From the NCBI GenBank assembly GCA_034226945.1, contig CP120453.1, positions 868,001 to 932,000 on the forward strand: a DNA stretch of 64,000 nt. Reading direction: 5' to 3'. Positions 47,082 to 59,291 of the stretch are shown piece by piece. The notes under the pieces were generated by a model. The model ran no database searches. It was given only the letters and a program-made list of their open reading frames with translations, and was not told the origin of the DNA. Source of the stretch: Picochlorum sp. SENEW3 (lineage: Eukaryota). How positions within the stretch are numbered: the stretch's first letter is position 1; each line of letters opens with the position of its first letter. The position numbers and the translations under genes were made by a program.

Positions 47082-47402
47082 ATCTTGCAGAATCCAGCTT
47101 CAAACAACGGCTTGGTTGTGTGCCTTACAGTGTTCAAGTTCCGAAGAGAGTCAAGGTTGTGTTCCCTTTCACGCACATGGATTCAATAATACACATTTTG
47201 AGCGATATTCCAATCTGTCGAAATACTATTTGAAATGACTAATCAGTCTACGAGGACTGGTGCTTTAAACCTGCCCCGCGAATTTGAGACCCATCCGAGT
47301 CGTGAAATTTGAAAATGTGTCATCTCGAATTGCAACCTCCTCAAGTACGATCACATCTGCTACCAACCAAATCATATGATCTACATCTATTTACTCTTCA
47401 AC

Positions 47403-48643
47403 ATGGAGGAAACAAAGATGGAAGGGTTGACAGCAGAAGAAGCAGCAGTGTATGATAGGCAGTTACGAGTTTGGGGTGTGGAGGCTCAACAAAGGTATGA
47501 TGGCGCAGTACATATGTCAATAACCATTAAATGATAGAACTTGGCTCAGACGTATGTATACAATCACAGGCTAAGGAGTGCAAAGGTGCTAGTTCTTGGT
47601 TGCTCTGGGGCAGCTATGGAGGTATGTCTGGTGTTGGGTGTATCTTTCATTTACAGCAATGATCGATTCTGCTTCCTTTCAGGTAATTAAAAATCTGGCT
47701 TTAGCTGGTGTTGGAAGCATTGTATTGGTTGATGAACGTACAATAGGGCAGGTGAATCAAGGAAATTTTCTCATCTCCTCTGAAATGGATGAAAACAGAC
47801 TGCTCAGTGAGGCATCTGCATGCTCGCTGAGGGAAATGAATCCGCTCGTGAAGATAGATCATAGCGACAAAAGTCTCACAGATTTTCTAGAAAACGAGCA
47901 GGTGGAGAATTTTGGGATTGTATTAGCATTTGATCTATCTTCAAGTGATGTAGACAAGGTTGATTCTCTTTGCTCCGCTAAAAGCATTCCTTTCGCATGT
48001 TGCATTTGCAGGGGAGTTTCTGGGTGGATCTTTTCGAATCCTCAGAATCATGAATACGTTGTGGAGGTGAGTGAAGGAACCTTTTCCAATTATTTGTATG
48101 GATTGAGAGTTCTAATACTAATCTTGATTACTTGAAGGAGTCTAAAGAGAACAAGAATGGCGAAATCGTCAAGAAGCTGAAACAGAAGCGAATCACAGGG
48201 ATCAAATTTTTGGAAATGATTGAACAAATACAGTCTGCAGCTCCGAGAAGAAAGAGTCCAATGTTGGACACACTCAAAAGTGCGTGATGAGAAGAAACCT
48301 TCTGTATTACTCTTGTTCAAAGACCTGTTATTGCATACCGTCTAACATTGTTTCCTAATATGTAGTTTGCATGAAGTATGAGCTGAAAGTTGGGCGGAAA
48401 GTATCGTCAGATGACTGGGAAGCTCTGCACACAGACTTGAAAGCACTTCCTTCTTCAGAGCAAAATGAATTGGCCCTTCAATCGTACATCCAGGAGGACT
48501 TTGGCATCGCCCCTGTTCTGGCTGTTCTTGGCGGTATTCTCTCCAACGATGTCATCAAGGTCATTTCAAAGAAAGGAGACCCATCCATTGATAGATTATT
48601 TGTGTACAGCATCTTGGATGATGCCGGATGGACTGGTTTTTAA
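47403..48643 (+). CDS. SAE1: SUMO-activating enzyme subunit 1 (AOS1-like), multi-exon
   Basis: LTAEEAAVYDRQLRVWGVEAQQR, KNLALAGVG, LREMNPLV, APVLAVLGGILSNDVIK. Confidence 0.9.
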
Positions 48644-49034
48644 AGCCCTGTAATGCAATAATGTTCTTGTACGGTCATACAACCTGTGGGATGGTCACAA
48701 GAAACCTGGAGGAGGATCTCCGTAAACAACCACATTCACACATATCGCAGGAGATCCGTTACTCACATATTCAAATAGTCATTTAACAAGTGGATTGAAT
48801 CACATCCACGCACCGCATCTGTATTCAGAGATACAGCGAGGTGAGTTCCCCCGGGCAACACCTTGAGGCAAGTCTCTCCTGCGATATCAGCGTACGGTTG
48901 CACAACAAACATAGTATATTTATGGAAATAACTTCACGAGATATCATCTTCTTGGCGAATCCACTAATGAGGAGTGATGCGCTGCAGAGTCACCCACTGG
49001 CGTAAACAGGAAACGAAACAGACGGGCTTCCAGG

Positions 49035-49325
49035 ATGGGCAAGGTTCCTGTGCGACTGAAGGAAGTAGTATATACTCTCTCACCTTTTGAGCAGAGCGTC
49101 ATGTCAGGGTTGTGGAAAGATATGCCTCACAAGACTGCCCACTACATGTCAAAGGTGAGTCTTGTGTACTCTCGTTCTCTGCAATGTTGACAATTCTGAT
49201 GGCATCCTTGTGTTCCTGTATTGTAGGCTAGAGAAATTGGACTCTGGTTTGTCTTGCCTCTCTCTGGTGTCTATTGGTTCTGTGATGATTTCAAAGAGAA
49301 GGAGAAGCAAGAGCATCGTTTCTGA
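49035..49325 (+). CDS. QCR8: Cytochrome bc1 complex subunit 8 (72 aa, 2 exons; not in ORF track)
   Basis: Exons 49035-49154 and 49227-49325 give MGKVPVRLKEVVYTLSPFEQSVMSGLWKDMP...EKQEHRF, matching plant QCR8. Confidence 0.9.
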
Positions 49326-49352
49326 GTATGCTTACAAGGGTAATTCAGCGAG

Positions 49353-49671
49353 CTATTTTCTTGGCATTAGCACAACAAATATGTAACAAAGGATTAAAAA
49401 ATTCACCACCGTTAGAAATTCTAGAAAGTAATTGCCTGGGAAAAAGTCAAAGGGCTTTAGGACTGTTTCCAGCAACTCCAAGCTGCCATTTCTCACCTGC
49501 ATGACCGATATCCCGATGCAAAGAATCAGTCACGCAATGAACAAGGCAAGAAACGATACAGATATTTCAAGAACCTACTTGTGTCGGAAGATCGTCAGGT
49601 ATTTCAAATCCCGGCAGTAATCCATTACCAGCAAACTGACTACTCAGAGCAAAACTTCGACCGCTTGCCAT
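49353..49671 (-). CDS. Small unknown protein with C-terminal TM (78 aa, 2 exons; not in ORF track)
   Basis: Exons 49671-49579 and 49496-49353, GT-AG phase 0; TGTAA ~16 nt past the stop. Confidence 0.55.
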
Positions 49672-50040
49672 CCTCCCATCTCTGACAAATAAAGTCGGTC
49701 TAGAGTGCTACAAACAGGTATATCACTGGTAAGAGTGATTGGTCAGTCTATTGTGTAAGATTTTGCAAACATACCAGTAGACTACCCGTCTGACCACATG
49801 TCAAGCTGCTCTGAAATCTCTTGGGACAGAGCATTGCTCAATTACATATATATGGGTAAAAATGCCAATTCAAGTAAAAAATTTGATCCGATGATGGGTT
49901 CATTGGCATCTACATCCTTCACCACCTCATTCAGATCTGTCCAGATGGATGGGTGCCCATGGCATGGCATGGCCATCAAACTTTGAAACCTGGTCTTCCT
50001 ACCATTGAAGGCTCAGTAATAATTATGGTGAATACCAACA

Positions 50041-52132
50041 ATGTCACCCGAGACAAATAAAGCTGCGAATGAGCATCTTATGGAGAGCCATTTGATTGCT
50101 TCCATTCAAGAGTACCTGGACCTTCACTTGACCAGAAATGCCATCTTCTTGGCTGAAAGACTGGTAGCACAGTTTCCAAGCGAGAATAATCTGCATCTTC
50201 TGGCGACGTGCTACCATCGCTCCGGACAGACGTACAGGGCATACCATCTGTTACGAGGTTGGTTGTAAAGTTGTTCTGCGGAATGACCTGAGGCATCGAA
50301 AACAGGAATTTTTTAAATCTACTATTTGTTATTGCAGGTCTGAATGATACTCCTTGTCGATACTTGTTCGCTGTGTGCTGTGTAGACTTGGGAAAGTTTA
50401 CAGAGGCAGAGGAGGTTTTGTCGCCCTCAGAGTCATCAGGCGAGGCACCGTACGGCGCCCCTGGACTGTTTTTATTGGGTAAGTTGTATCAATTGACTAA
50501 TAGGCATAAGACAGCGCACACCCACTTCCAGCAAGCGCTGTCGTTAGACCCACTCATGTGGTGTGCATTTGAGGGACTCTGTGCTCTTGGAGTAGAGGAA
50601 GATACTGCCAATTATTTGCAAATGAAAGCACCTACAGGACAAGCTGAGCAGAAGAAAAGTGCGACAATCCAAGAAGCATCGCCCGTGGGCCATAATGGGA
50701 ACAGTCAAACAGTCACTCCAATCTCAGCACCAATTGGTGTGTCTGATCAAGGGAGCTTTGAGACGCCAGACGTGGTGCCACGAGCAATGCAGCCTCCGTC
50801 GATGAAGAAGGGTGGAAAGGATTCCTCATTTGTACCTTTGGTATCTCCTAGATTACTGGAGGATAATCAGCTTCTCCACAGTGGAAAATTCTTAGACGAG
50901 GGCACCTTACGGAAGGTATGTTCTTTTGCAAAGGCTACTCTTCTTTTTCACAGATTTATGATGATATAATTCTTGCGTAGATATCAAGTAAGTTGTTCGC
51001 GGATCCAGCAACAGCTTTGAAGATTGCGCGAGCTCATTCTGAACCTCCCAGTGAAGACAGAACTCAAAATGTGCAGTCAGGGATCCCCTCTACAGTCCAT
51101 GGGACCCAAAAGTCGCCAGAAGGACAGGCAGCTTGTGTATCACTTTTGCAGATGTTAGGAGAGGGGTATCGTCTCCTCTCTCTGTATCAATGTGGTGAAG
51201 CAATTGAGGCATTCTCAAGGGTGCCTTTACAGCATTACTCAACGGGGTGGGTATTGCAATGTGTTGGACAGGCATATTTTGAAATGGTGGACTATACTTC
51301 GTCTGAAAAAGTATTTCAACAGCTTCGCTCTGTAGATCCATGCAGGCTAGAAGGTCTTGAAGTGTACAGCACAGTACTGTGGCACATGAAGAAAGAAATT
51401 GACTTGTGCAATTTGGCACAGGAAGCAATTTCTCTGGATAGACATTCTCCCATTGCTTGGTGTATCATGGGAAATTGTTTTTCTTTGCAAAAAGAACACG
51501 AAACTGCTCTCCGTTTTTTCCAGCGAGCCTTGCAACTGGATCCGACATTCCCGTATGCATATACACTGTGTGGACACGAGTATTTTGCAAATGAAGACTT
51601 TGAGAAGGGTTTGACATGCTATAGACATGCTCTTCGTCTTAATCCAAGACATTACAACGCTTGGTTTGGATCTGGCCATATTTATTTCAGGCAGGAGAAG
51701 TATGGGATGGCAGAGTATCATTTCAGGAGAGCATGTTACATCAATAAGCGGTCTTCTGTTTTGAAATGCTACCTTGGTATGGCACTTCATAAGGTGAATA
51801 GGACATCGGAAGCCAAAGTGGCTCTGAAACGTGCAGTTGAATCGGATCCAAAGAATCCATTAGCTAGGTTTGAGTATGCTTCAGTTCTGCTCTCTTTGGG
51901 AAATTTAGAAGAATCAGTCACAGAGCTGACCCTCTTGCACGAAGTGGTTCCAAAAGAGGCTAGCGTGCTGTTCCAAAAAGGAAAAGTACTGAAGCGCTTG
52001 GGTCGACAGGACGAGGCATTGAAATGCTTTTCAGATGCTCTGGATTTGCAGCCTCCTTCAATTGATGTCAATCTGATAAAAGCTGCGATTGATAGAATTT
52101 CCATTGCAGATGACGGTGATGATGAGATCTAA
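50041..52132 (+). CDS. CDC27: Anaphase-promoting complex subunit 3, three exons
   Basis: NAIFLAERL, LLATCY, TPR array with YSTVLWH, GNCFSLQKEHETAL, YAYTLCGHE, RHYNAW. Confidence 0.95.
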
Positions 52133-52185
52133 ATTCATTCAAAGATGATTTGACTAGAAAAATATTTATTTTTTATGGATAGACA

Positions 52186-52938
52186 CTAGTTTCCTATCTT
52201 TCCTTGTTCCTTAACTAATGCTACGAATTCGTCTATCAAGTATGGCCAAGCACCAGTTGGATCATACTGCGAAAATGTATCGTCCATGACATCAATGAAA
52301 TCTAATAATTGCGTCCATGTATCCTTAGAAATGGCCTTTTTATGATGCTCTTGCAGGAACTCGCACCAAAGATCAATATATTTCCATTTCTCTTTGGTGA
52401 TGAGGAGAGGCCAGACTGACAGAGCCACATCCAATTGCAAGCATTTCTGGTTGTTCTCTCTACTAAACATGAAAGCGTACTCATAAATTTCTTTAAATTT
52501 CTTTCTATCGTTCAGTTCCTTCCTTAAAGATGGGATCGCTGCTTTCAGCGACGTAATTGAATCCACACCAATATCCTCCAATCCTCCCTCAAACTCTTCC
52601 TCTGTGAATTCACCCATTGTCTGGGCATCCATATGCCAGCATATCACTATCATGACTACATCTTCTGGCGCGATCCCAATATCTTCGCAAAACCGGATTA
52701 TTCCCTCGGCTAGAACCTTCTTTGCCGTCTTATCCTCATACTCCAAATACAAGTCGTGTAGAGCCTTATTCCTCCCTCTGCCCATGCTCCCACCTCTGCC
52801 TGATAGATACATATTGACAGCATGCTCCAAATCCCAATAACATGAGTTCAAGTATGTGACTGCCTCCTTGGCATTCGAGTTCGTCACGCGAACAAATGAG
52901 CTCACCTTTGCCTTTTGCTCTTTCGACATGCTCCCCAT
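52186..52938 (-). CDS. DCN1: DCN1-like neddylation E3 (UBA-like + PONY)
   Basis: WDLEHAV; EGIIRFCED, MGEFT, ISKDTW.QLLDF, YD..GAWPYLIDEFV. Confidence 0.95.
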   Translation of the reverse strand: MGSMSKEQKAKVSSFVRVTNSNAKEAVTYLNSCYWDLEHAVNMYLSGRGGSMGRGRNKALHDLYLEYEDKTAKKVLAEGIIRFCEDIGIAPEDVVMIVICWHMDAQTMGEFTEEEFEGGLEDIGVDSITSLKAAIPSLRKELNDRKKFKEIYEYAFMFSRENNQKCLQLDVALSVWPLLITKEKWKYIDLWCEFLQEHHKKAISKDTWTQLLDFIDVMDDTFSQYDPTGAWPYLIDEFVALVKEQGKIGN

Positions 52939-52950
52939 TGTTCAATTCGT

Positions 52951-53285
52951 CTATTCAATCTGCATGAACATCAAAGGAAGGTCGCACATTGTATCAACAA
53001 ACTGGTTAAAATCCTAATATTCGCCTACCTTGAACCCTTCAGCCCTAAGACACGCTTTGTGAGCTTCGATCAGTTTCTGACACTCTTCTGAATCGGGGCC
53101 GTGGAGAGCAATGCACTCGTCTCTCACTTTCTGCAGTATCATAACATCCCATGTAATTAATAGATGACCACAAATTCAAGAGGGAAAGGCGTCCAATGAC
53201 AAACCTTTGTCTCTGGGCAGGCGCAGCAAATCTTCTTGGTAGGTTTCTTTTCCTGCGTCAGATCCGTTGCGCCACTCGTATTCAT
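52951..53285 (-). CDS. COX17: Mitochondrial copper chaperone (63 aa, 3 exons; not in ORF track)
   Basis: Exons 53285-53205, 53130-53029, 52959-52951 give KKICCACPETK.VRDECI...CQKLIEAHKACLRAEGF. Confidence 0.95.
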
Positions 53286-53541
53286 TCTGAGGATAGAGTA
53301 CTCTTGAATGTATTAATTTGGAGCATTGCTGGCCACAGTATGACTCCTTAAGAAATTGTTCACCAGGATGGTGATGAGACACAGACCTGATCGAGCAGGA
53401 CTCATCGGTCAAGGAAATGCATCACCGTGTTACTATTGCATAATCGGGCAGATAAGACTACATTGTATAAATAATTGGCTTATCATCCATACATAGGAGG
53501 CATTAACGTTGAAAGGCCTTGGGTTGTGTGCCAGAGGAAGG

Positions 53542-55635
53542 ATGGACAAGTTCACTTTCCAAGTTTCGACGAAGAAGAATCCCTACCAGGTGGGTCACGA
53601 GGGCTATAGTTTTGTTAAAAAACATCTGAAATCATCGATAACTGGCTTGGATTCCGTTTGTGATGCAGAAACAAAAGGAGAGGGAAGAGAAGAGGAGAAA
53701 GGTATGTCTATGTGATATCATGGTTTGAAGACCGTGTCATGTCTTCCAGTGTTGTTCACTGGATGCTGCATGTATTTCAGAGAGATGAAGAAGAGACTGA
53801 GAAAGTTTTGCAAGATTTTGAAAAGGACTTTGGTGGCGTGACACATGCATCTTCCGGCAAAGGTGGGGGACAGGTTCGGAAGGTCAGAAGAAAGCAGAGT
53901 GTCTTTGGATCTGATCGAGAAGATGAGTCAGAGGAAGACTGCAGACAAGCAGAGCAAAAAGTACATATTAACCCGGAGGTATGTAGATCTTTTGTGCTGT
54001 TGTTCGCGAGGATTTATTGAAGTATGTGATTGCTTTTTTTTTTTTCTTGAAGGAGCCCTTGAAAGCTCATCACATGGTATCAAAGGGTGGCAAAGTAAGG
54101 AAGATGGATATACTTTTGGAAAATTTGAAAAGGTATCGTATTTACCTGTGAAGTAGTTATAATGTTCATGGTGGTATGAGGAGCAATTTGCCCGTTGCAG
54201 GGAGCAAGCAGAGAGAGAAATGAAGAAAGATTGTGGAGATGTAGGCATCAAGGAGAGCAGAAAAGAAGTCGAGTCAGAAGAGTCGACAAATTTGGTTCTG
54301 AAACATTTGGCACCTGATATTGATGAGAGCACTCTTATGCACGAGTTTGGTCGATTTGGTCCCATTGCTAGTGTCAAAATTATGTGGCCACGCGATGAGG
54401 AGCAGAGGCGCAGGGGTTGGAACACTGGATTCGTAGCATTTATGGCACGCCAAGATGCCGTGAAAGCTTTGAAAGAGATGGATGGAATCATGTTTCACAA
54501 TCATAGGCTGGGACTCGCATGGGGAGAAAATGTCCCAATACCAGCTGTCCCACTCTGGCCCCCTTCCTCTGCTGCGGTGAACCCAGAATCGACAAGGAAA
54601 AGATCGATCGATGGGCCACCAATTAAGGAGAAGATCAATGGTAAAGGTCCAGAAGTGATCATTGAAGTTCCAAAAGACGAAAGGACAAGGTTCATAATTG
54701 ACGCCTTGGCTCTTTATGTGGTCAAGGATGGATTTGACTTTGAGCAGGCAATACTACAAAATGAAAAAGATAACAAACTATATAACTTTGTCTGGGATAA
54801 AAAATGTTCAGATCATCTGTATTATCGATGGAGACTCTGGAGTCTGTCAAATGGAGACTCATTAAGCTCATGGAAAGTAGATCCATTCCTAATGTTCAAA
54901 AATAGTTCATTGTGGTTACCCCCTGCTACCAGCCTTATCAAATCTCTGAAAACTAGTAATTCTACACTAGTTTCCAAGACTGAGCATGGGCTTCAACCAC
55001 TTGGGACATTTGGGAGTGAACGCCTTAATGAATTACTTTCCAGCTTGACCTCTGAGAGAAAGTTGGTTGCGGATGCAATGGTCTTTATAATCTCCAACTC
55101 AGAGAGCTCTGTGGAAATATCCAGAATTCTGATGGAATTCTTCGTATCAAAAGAAAGTAACGTGCAGAAGAAATTAGACGTGTTGTACCTTATATCTGAT
55201 GTGCTGTATAATGCATCAGCACCTGTACAAAATGCCTCGCAGTACAGGCCAATTCTCCAAGATGTGCTTCCAGACATGTTCGAGAGTCTGCAAGAGTGCT
55301 ATTTAAATGCACCCAGTAGAATGACGCAAGAACATATTCGAAAACGAGTGCTTCGCGTGTTGAGGGCCTGGAATGGCTGGTATATATTTCAGGAAGAGTA
55401 TTTGCAAGGTCTGCAAGCAACATTTTTGAGAGGCCGGATAGATCCTTCTGGTGCAGTCAAAGTTATGGATGATCTTCCAAGCGATAGCGCTGTGCTAGAA
55501 TACAAGAGAAAATTAGAGAAAATGAATATTGCGGAGATAAAGAACGAATGCAAGAAGAGAGGTGTCAGCAGGAAAGGCACTCACAGTGACATGACCACTA
55601 GATTACTCACAGTCCAAACGTACATCAATCATTAG
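53542..55635 (+). CDS. U2-associated SR140/RRC1-like splicing factor (RRM, SURP, CID, SAP), multi-exon
   Basis: FGRFGPIASVKIMWPR, GFVAFM, HLYYRWRL, LYLISDVLYN, VLRVL..W. Confidence 0.9.
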
Positions 55636-55644
55636 ATCTTATCG

Positions 55645-58012
55645 TTACATTGAAAAGTTTGTGCACCGCTCTATGCCATTAGATATTAGCGTGACGAGTT
55701 CAGGGACTATCTCATCCACAGGTTTTGGTCCAGCAAACACTGTTGTTCCAGCTACAAGCGCATTTGCTCCCGCCTGCGCGACTAATGGAGCATTTTCAAG
55801 GTTGATACCGCCATCCACTTCAATGTTTATCTTACTATTACATCTGCGTAATGCTTCTACCTTGGGGAGTACGCTTGGCATGAATTTCTGCCCACCAAAA
55901 CCTGGCTTGACACTGAGAAGCAGAACGGTATCAAGTATGTTCTCATGAACCAAAGGAAAGATCATTTCTGCATCTGTTTCTGGAGCAAGTGCAATGCCGA
56001 CTTGCATTCCAGTTGATTTGATCTTGGAGATCAGCTGTCGCGCTTTCTGCAGATCATAATCCACTCCTAGGGTCTCAAAATGGAATGTAAATTGACTTGC
56101 ACCTGCCTTGTACATATCTGCAGGATATTTAAAAAGTGCTTCAATTTCCATAAGCACGCAACAAGGACAATGAAAAAATTTTCATACCATCTACATAATT
56201 TTGTGGATTCAGAACACACAAGTGGCAATCCAGAAATGCATCTGTATGCTTTCTCAGAGACTTGACAACTGGTGGCCCTATTGTCAAGTTTGGAACAAAA
56301 TTTCCATCAAAAATATCCACATGAATCCATTCAGATCCTGCACGATAGACGGCAGCAACTTCTTGGGCTAAATTTGCAAAATCTGCTGAGAGAATGGAAG
56401 GTGATATGATTGGGCGGAGCCCTTTCACAGAAGCTGCCATTTTCCTCTTCCTTGATGCCACAGTTTGTCGGGAATTTGCCAAGCTGTGATACAGAGTCTT
56501 ATATTGCTTCAAATAGGAGTCATATACTGATTTCATATCTGGGTTAGGCTTTACCACCCTTTCTACGTGGACCATGGCTTTCACCGCAGATGATACATCC
56601 TCGAATAAATTTGCTCCAACTGCAGCTAAGATGGCAGAGCCAAGGCACGGGGCATCAGATACCTTTGTGAGCACGAAAGGAATCTGGGATACATCGGCAT
56701 GACACTGAAGCCACAGCTCTGACTTAGTTGGACCTCCAGCCACTACAATCGATTCTGGGCTGTAAGATCCTTTCCTCATGGCTTCAAGGACACATTCCGT
56801 TCCATAGCAGACCGCCTCAATCAAAGAACGATACAGATGAGCACGTGTGTGCGCGAGGCTCAATCCAGTGATAGCCCCTCTCGATAAAGGATCAGTGAAA
56901 GGAGTTCGATTACCCTGAAAATGATCCAAACTGAGTACCCCGTCACATCCAGGTGCAACTCCCTCAGCCTCCCTGTTCAACACTTCATAATCTTCAGAGA
57001 GAAGCCTTTTCAACCATGCAAGGATGCTTCCCGTGGAGGTCTGACCACCTTCGACAATATTCATGCCATCAATTACAGCATTTCTGTACGTTCCCCATAC
57101 ACCTGGTGATTCAAACATCCTGTCTGTACAGCCCAGGTGCAAATGACTGGACCCAGTGAGTAATGCCATCTGGCCTGGTTTAATGACCCCGAGACCAATC
57201 ATGCCAACAAAAGCATCTGCCCCACCTTGTGCAACAGGCATCCCTTGAACCAGTCCTAGTTCTGACGATGCCTTCTCGCTCAAACCACCGACAATATCAC
57301 CAAGCTTGAGAACATCTTTGGGCCACTTTTGCATCAAATCAAAAATGCCCAACGACTGCAGCAACGATTCTGGCCACCCTCTCTCTGCATCATAGTGCCA
57401 GCGGATGGTCATATTGTTGATTGAGCCGCACATTCTTCCAGTAAGATAGTGGTTCACATAATCCTGATACTCAACAATATACGCAGCCTGTTCATACACA
57501 GCAGGCTCATTCTCTTTCAACCATAGAGCTTTTGGAACCATCCATTCCGCCGAAACAGGCCCCATACCCCCATTATTAACCCGTAATGCGGGATCATCCA
57601 GCTGTGATATACGATCAGCCTGTTCTGCGCTTCTCATGTCCATCCACAGTATCGCAGGCCTAAGAGCTACCCCAGCCTCATCCAGAGCAACAACTGTACA
57701 GCATGTTGTATCGACACACATGCAGGCTATATCAGAGGTTTTAACTCTAGACGTCTCAATAACACCCCGGACAGCCTTCTTCAGACTCTGCAACATCACA
57801 TGCAAGGAAAACTATCAGCAAACCTCTTGACTCCACTGTTTCTCAGGACGCACCTCTATCCAATCAGATGGCGTTTGCTCCGCCCATGAAGGCTGAGGAT
57901 ACGTAGTATCATATGGGGCAGAATATACAGCCAATTGGCTCCCTTGTAGATCAAATAGGGAGGCTCGAAGGCTCTCAGTGCCTCCATCAATGCCAAGAAC
58001 GTATTTGCCCAT
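55645..58012 (-). CDS. Fused FGGY carbohydrate (pentulose) kinase - ribulose-5-phosphate 3-epimerase, three exons
   Basis: Kinase: LGIDGGTESLRA, DTTCCT, ILWMDMR, GGADA, GNRTP. Same ORF continues into RPE: SPSILSADF, HVDIFDGNFVPN, DCHL, then exon 3 with PGFGGQ and EVDGG. Confidence 0.9.
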
Positions 58013-58256
58013 GTCGTATCACAATTGCACAGCACGCTAGACCACAATTTCGAAACTATTTAAATGATAGTCTACAATCGAGATGGATGTCATCCCATAA
58101 TAGGCTTTTGGCGCCATCTTCCAATCTTCCGTAAAAAAGGCGAGCAAAGAATCGATTCTTGATATCAACTGCATGAATCATATCAACAGTTGATATGGTA
58201 GATGCTTTCTACATCAATTTTGTGTTACAGCCATTCCTGATCCGCAGAAGAGACGG

Positions 58257-58976
58257 ATGAAGAACTGTATGCTTTCGAGTGTTTCGTCCACACAACTCCG
58301 TGGTTATCCCACGAGATGTGTCGCGCAGAAAGGCCATCGAATTAAGAGAAGTGTGATTGTTAGATGTGCCCAAAACGATGCGACTGCAGATAGAAGGAGC
58401 ATCATGCTTGCAGCAGGTGCCTTGAGTCTTACAACAGGAAGTCAGAAGCGAGCTTTTGCTGGGGATTCTCCTGATTTGACAATCACAGATAAGGTATACT
58501 TTGATATGACAGTAGATGGATTAGATGTGGGAAGGATTGTGTTGGGGCTTTATGGAGATACAGTCCCTAAAACTGTGAAAAACTTTGTTGAACTCAGCAC
58601 AGGGAGTCCAGGATATGGTTACAAAGGGTGTTCGTTCCACAGGGTGATAAAATCCTTTGTCTTGCAAGGCGGCGACTTTACTGCGGGTAACGGGACAGGG
58701 GGAAGGTCAATATATGGGAGGACATTCCCAGATGAGAATTTTGAAATACCTCATTTCACTGGCTGTCTATCCATGGCAAATGCTGGGAAAAATACCAATG
58801 GCTCACAATTTTTCATCACTCTTGACGAGACGAGTTGGTTGAATGGAAAGCATGTTGTGTTTGGAAAGGTTGTTGATGGCATGGATGTTGTGCGAACGAT
58901 TGAAAACGTTCCCACCTCTCCTAGAGGGAATCAACCCCTCAGACCAGTTATTATTAAAGATTGTGGCGTTTTATAA
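58257..58976 (+). CDS. Plastid cyclophilin (CYP20-2-like)
   Basis: Bipartite transit peptide; [37 protein letters not shown]. Confidence 0.9.
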   Translation: MKNCMLSSVSSTQLRGYPTRCVAQKGHRIKRSVIVRCAQNDATADRRSIMLAAGALSLTTGSQKRAFAGDSPDLTITDKVYFDMTVDGLDVGRIVLGLYGDTVPKTVKNFVELSTGSPGYGYKGCSFHRVIKSFVLQGGDFTAGNGTGGRSIYGRTFPDENFEIPHFTGCLSMANAGKNTNGSQFFITLDETSWLNGKHVVFGKVVDGMDVVRTIENVPTSPRGNQPLRPVIIKDCGVL

Positions 58977-59291
58977 GTCCTGTGTGGATCACATATGAAG
59001 ACATTATCAACTATTGCGGCGTCTGATGCTGTGTAATCAACAATTCTAGCGTGATACTTGCCGATTCCGAGATGACGTATCTGATTGCAATCTGCGACAT
59101 CTGGGCGAGACGAGAGCCACACACAATACGAGTCACGAAAACTTCTACTACCAGTTTGTTTTTAAATTTGACACATATTCGTTACTTATATTTCATTTGA
59201 GGAGGATATTTCATAGAAGAAAGAGGATTCTGAGGTCAGCGCACGTTGCTGTCAATTCATCACATTTCTTCACGTTCCAAAGTGAATTGCT

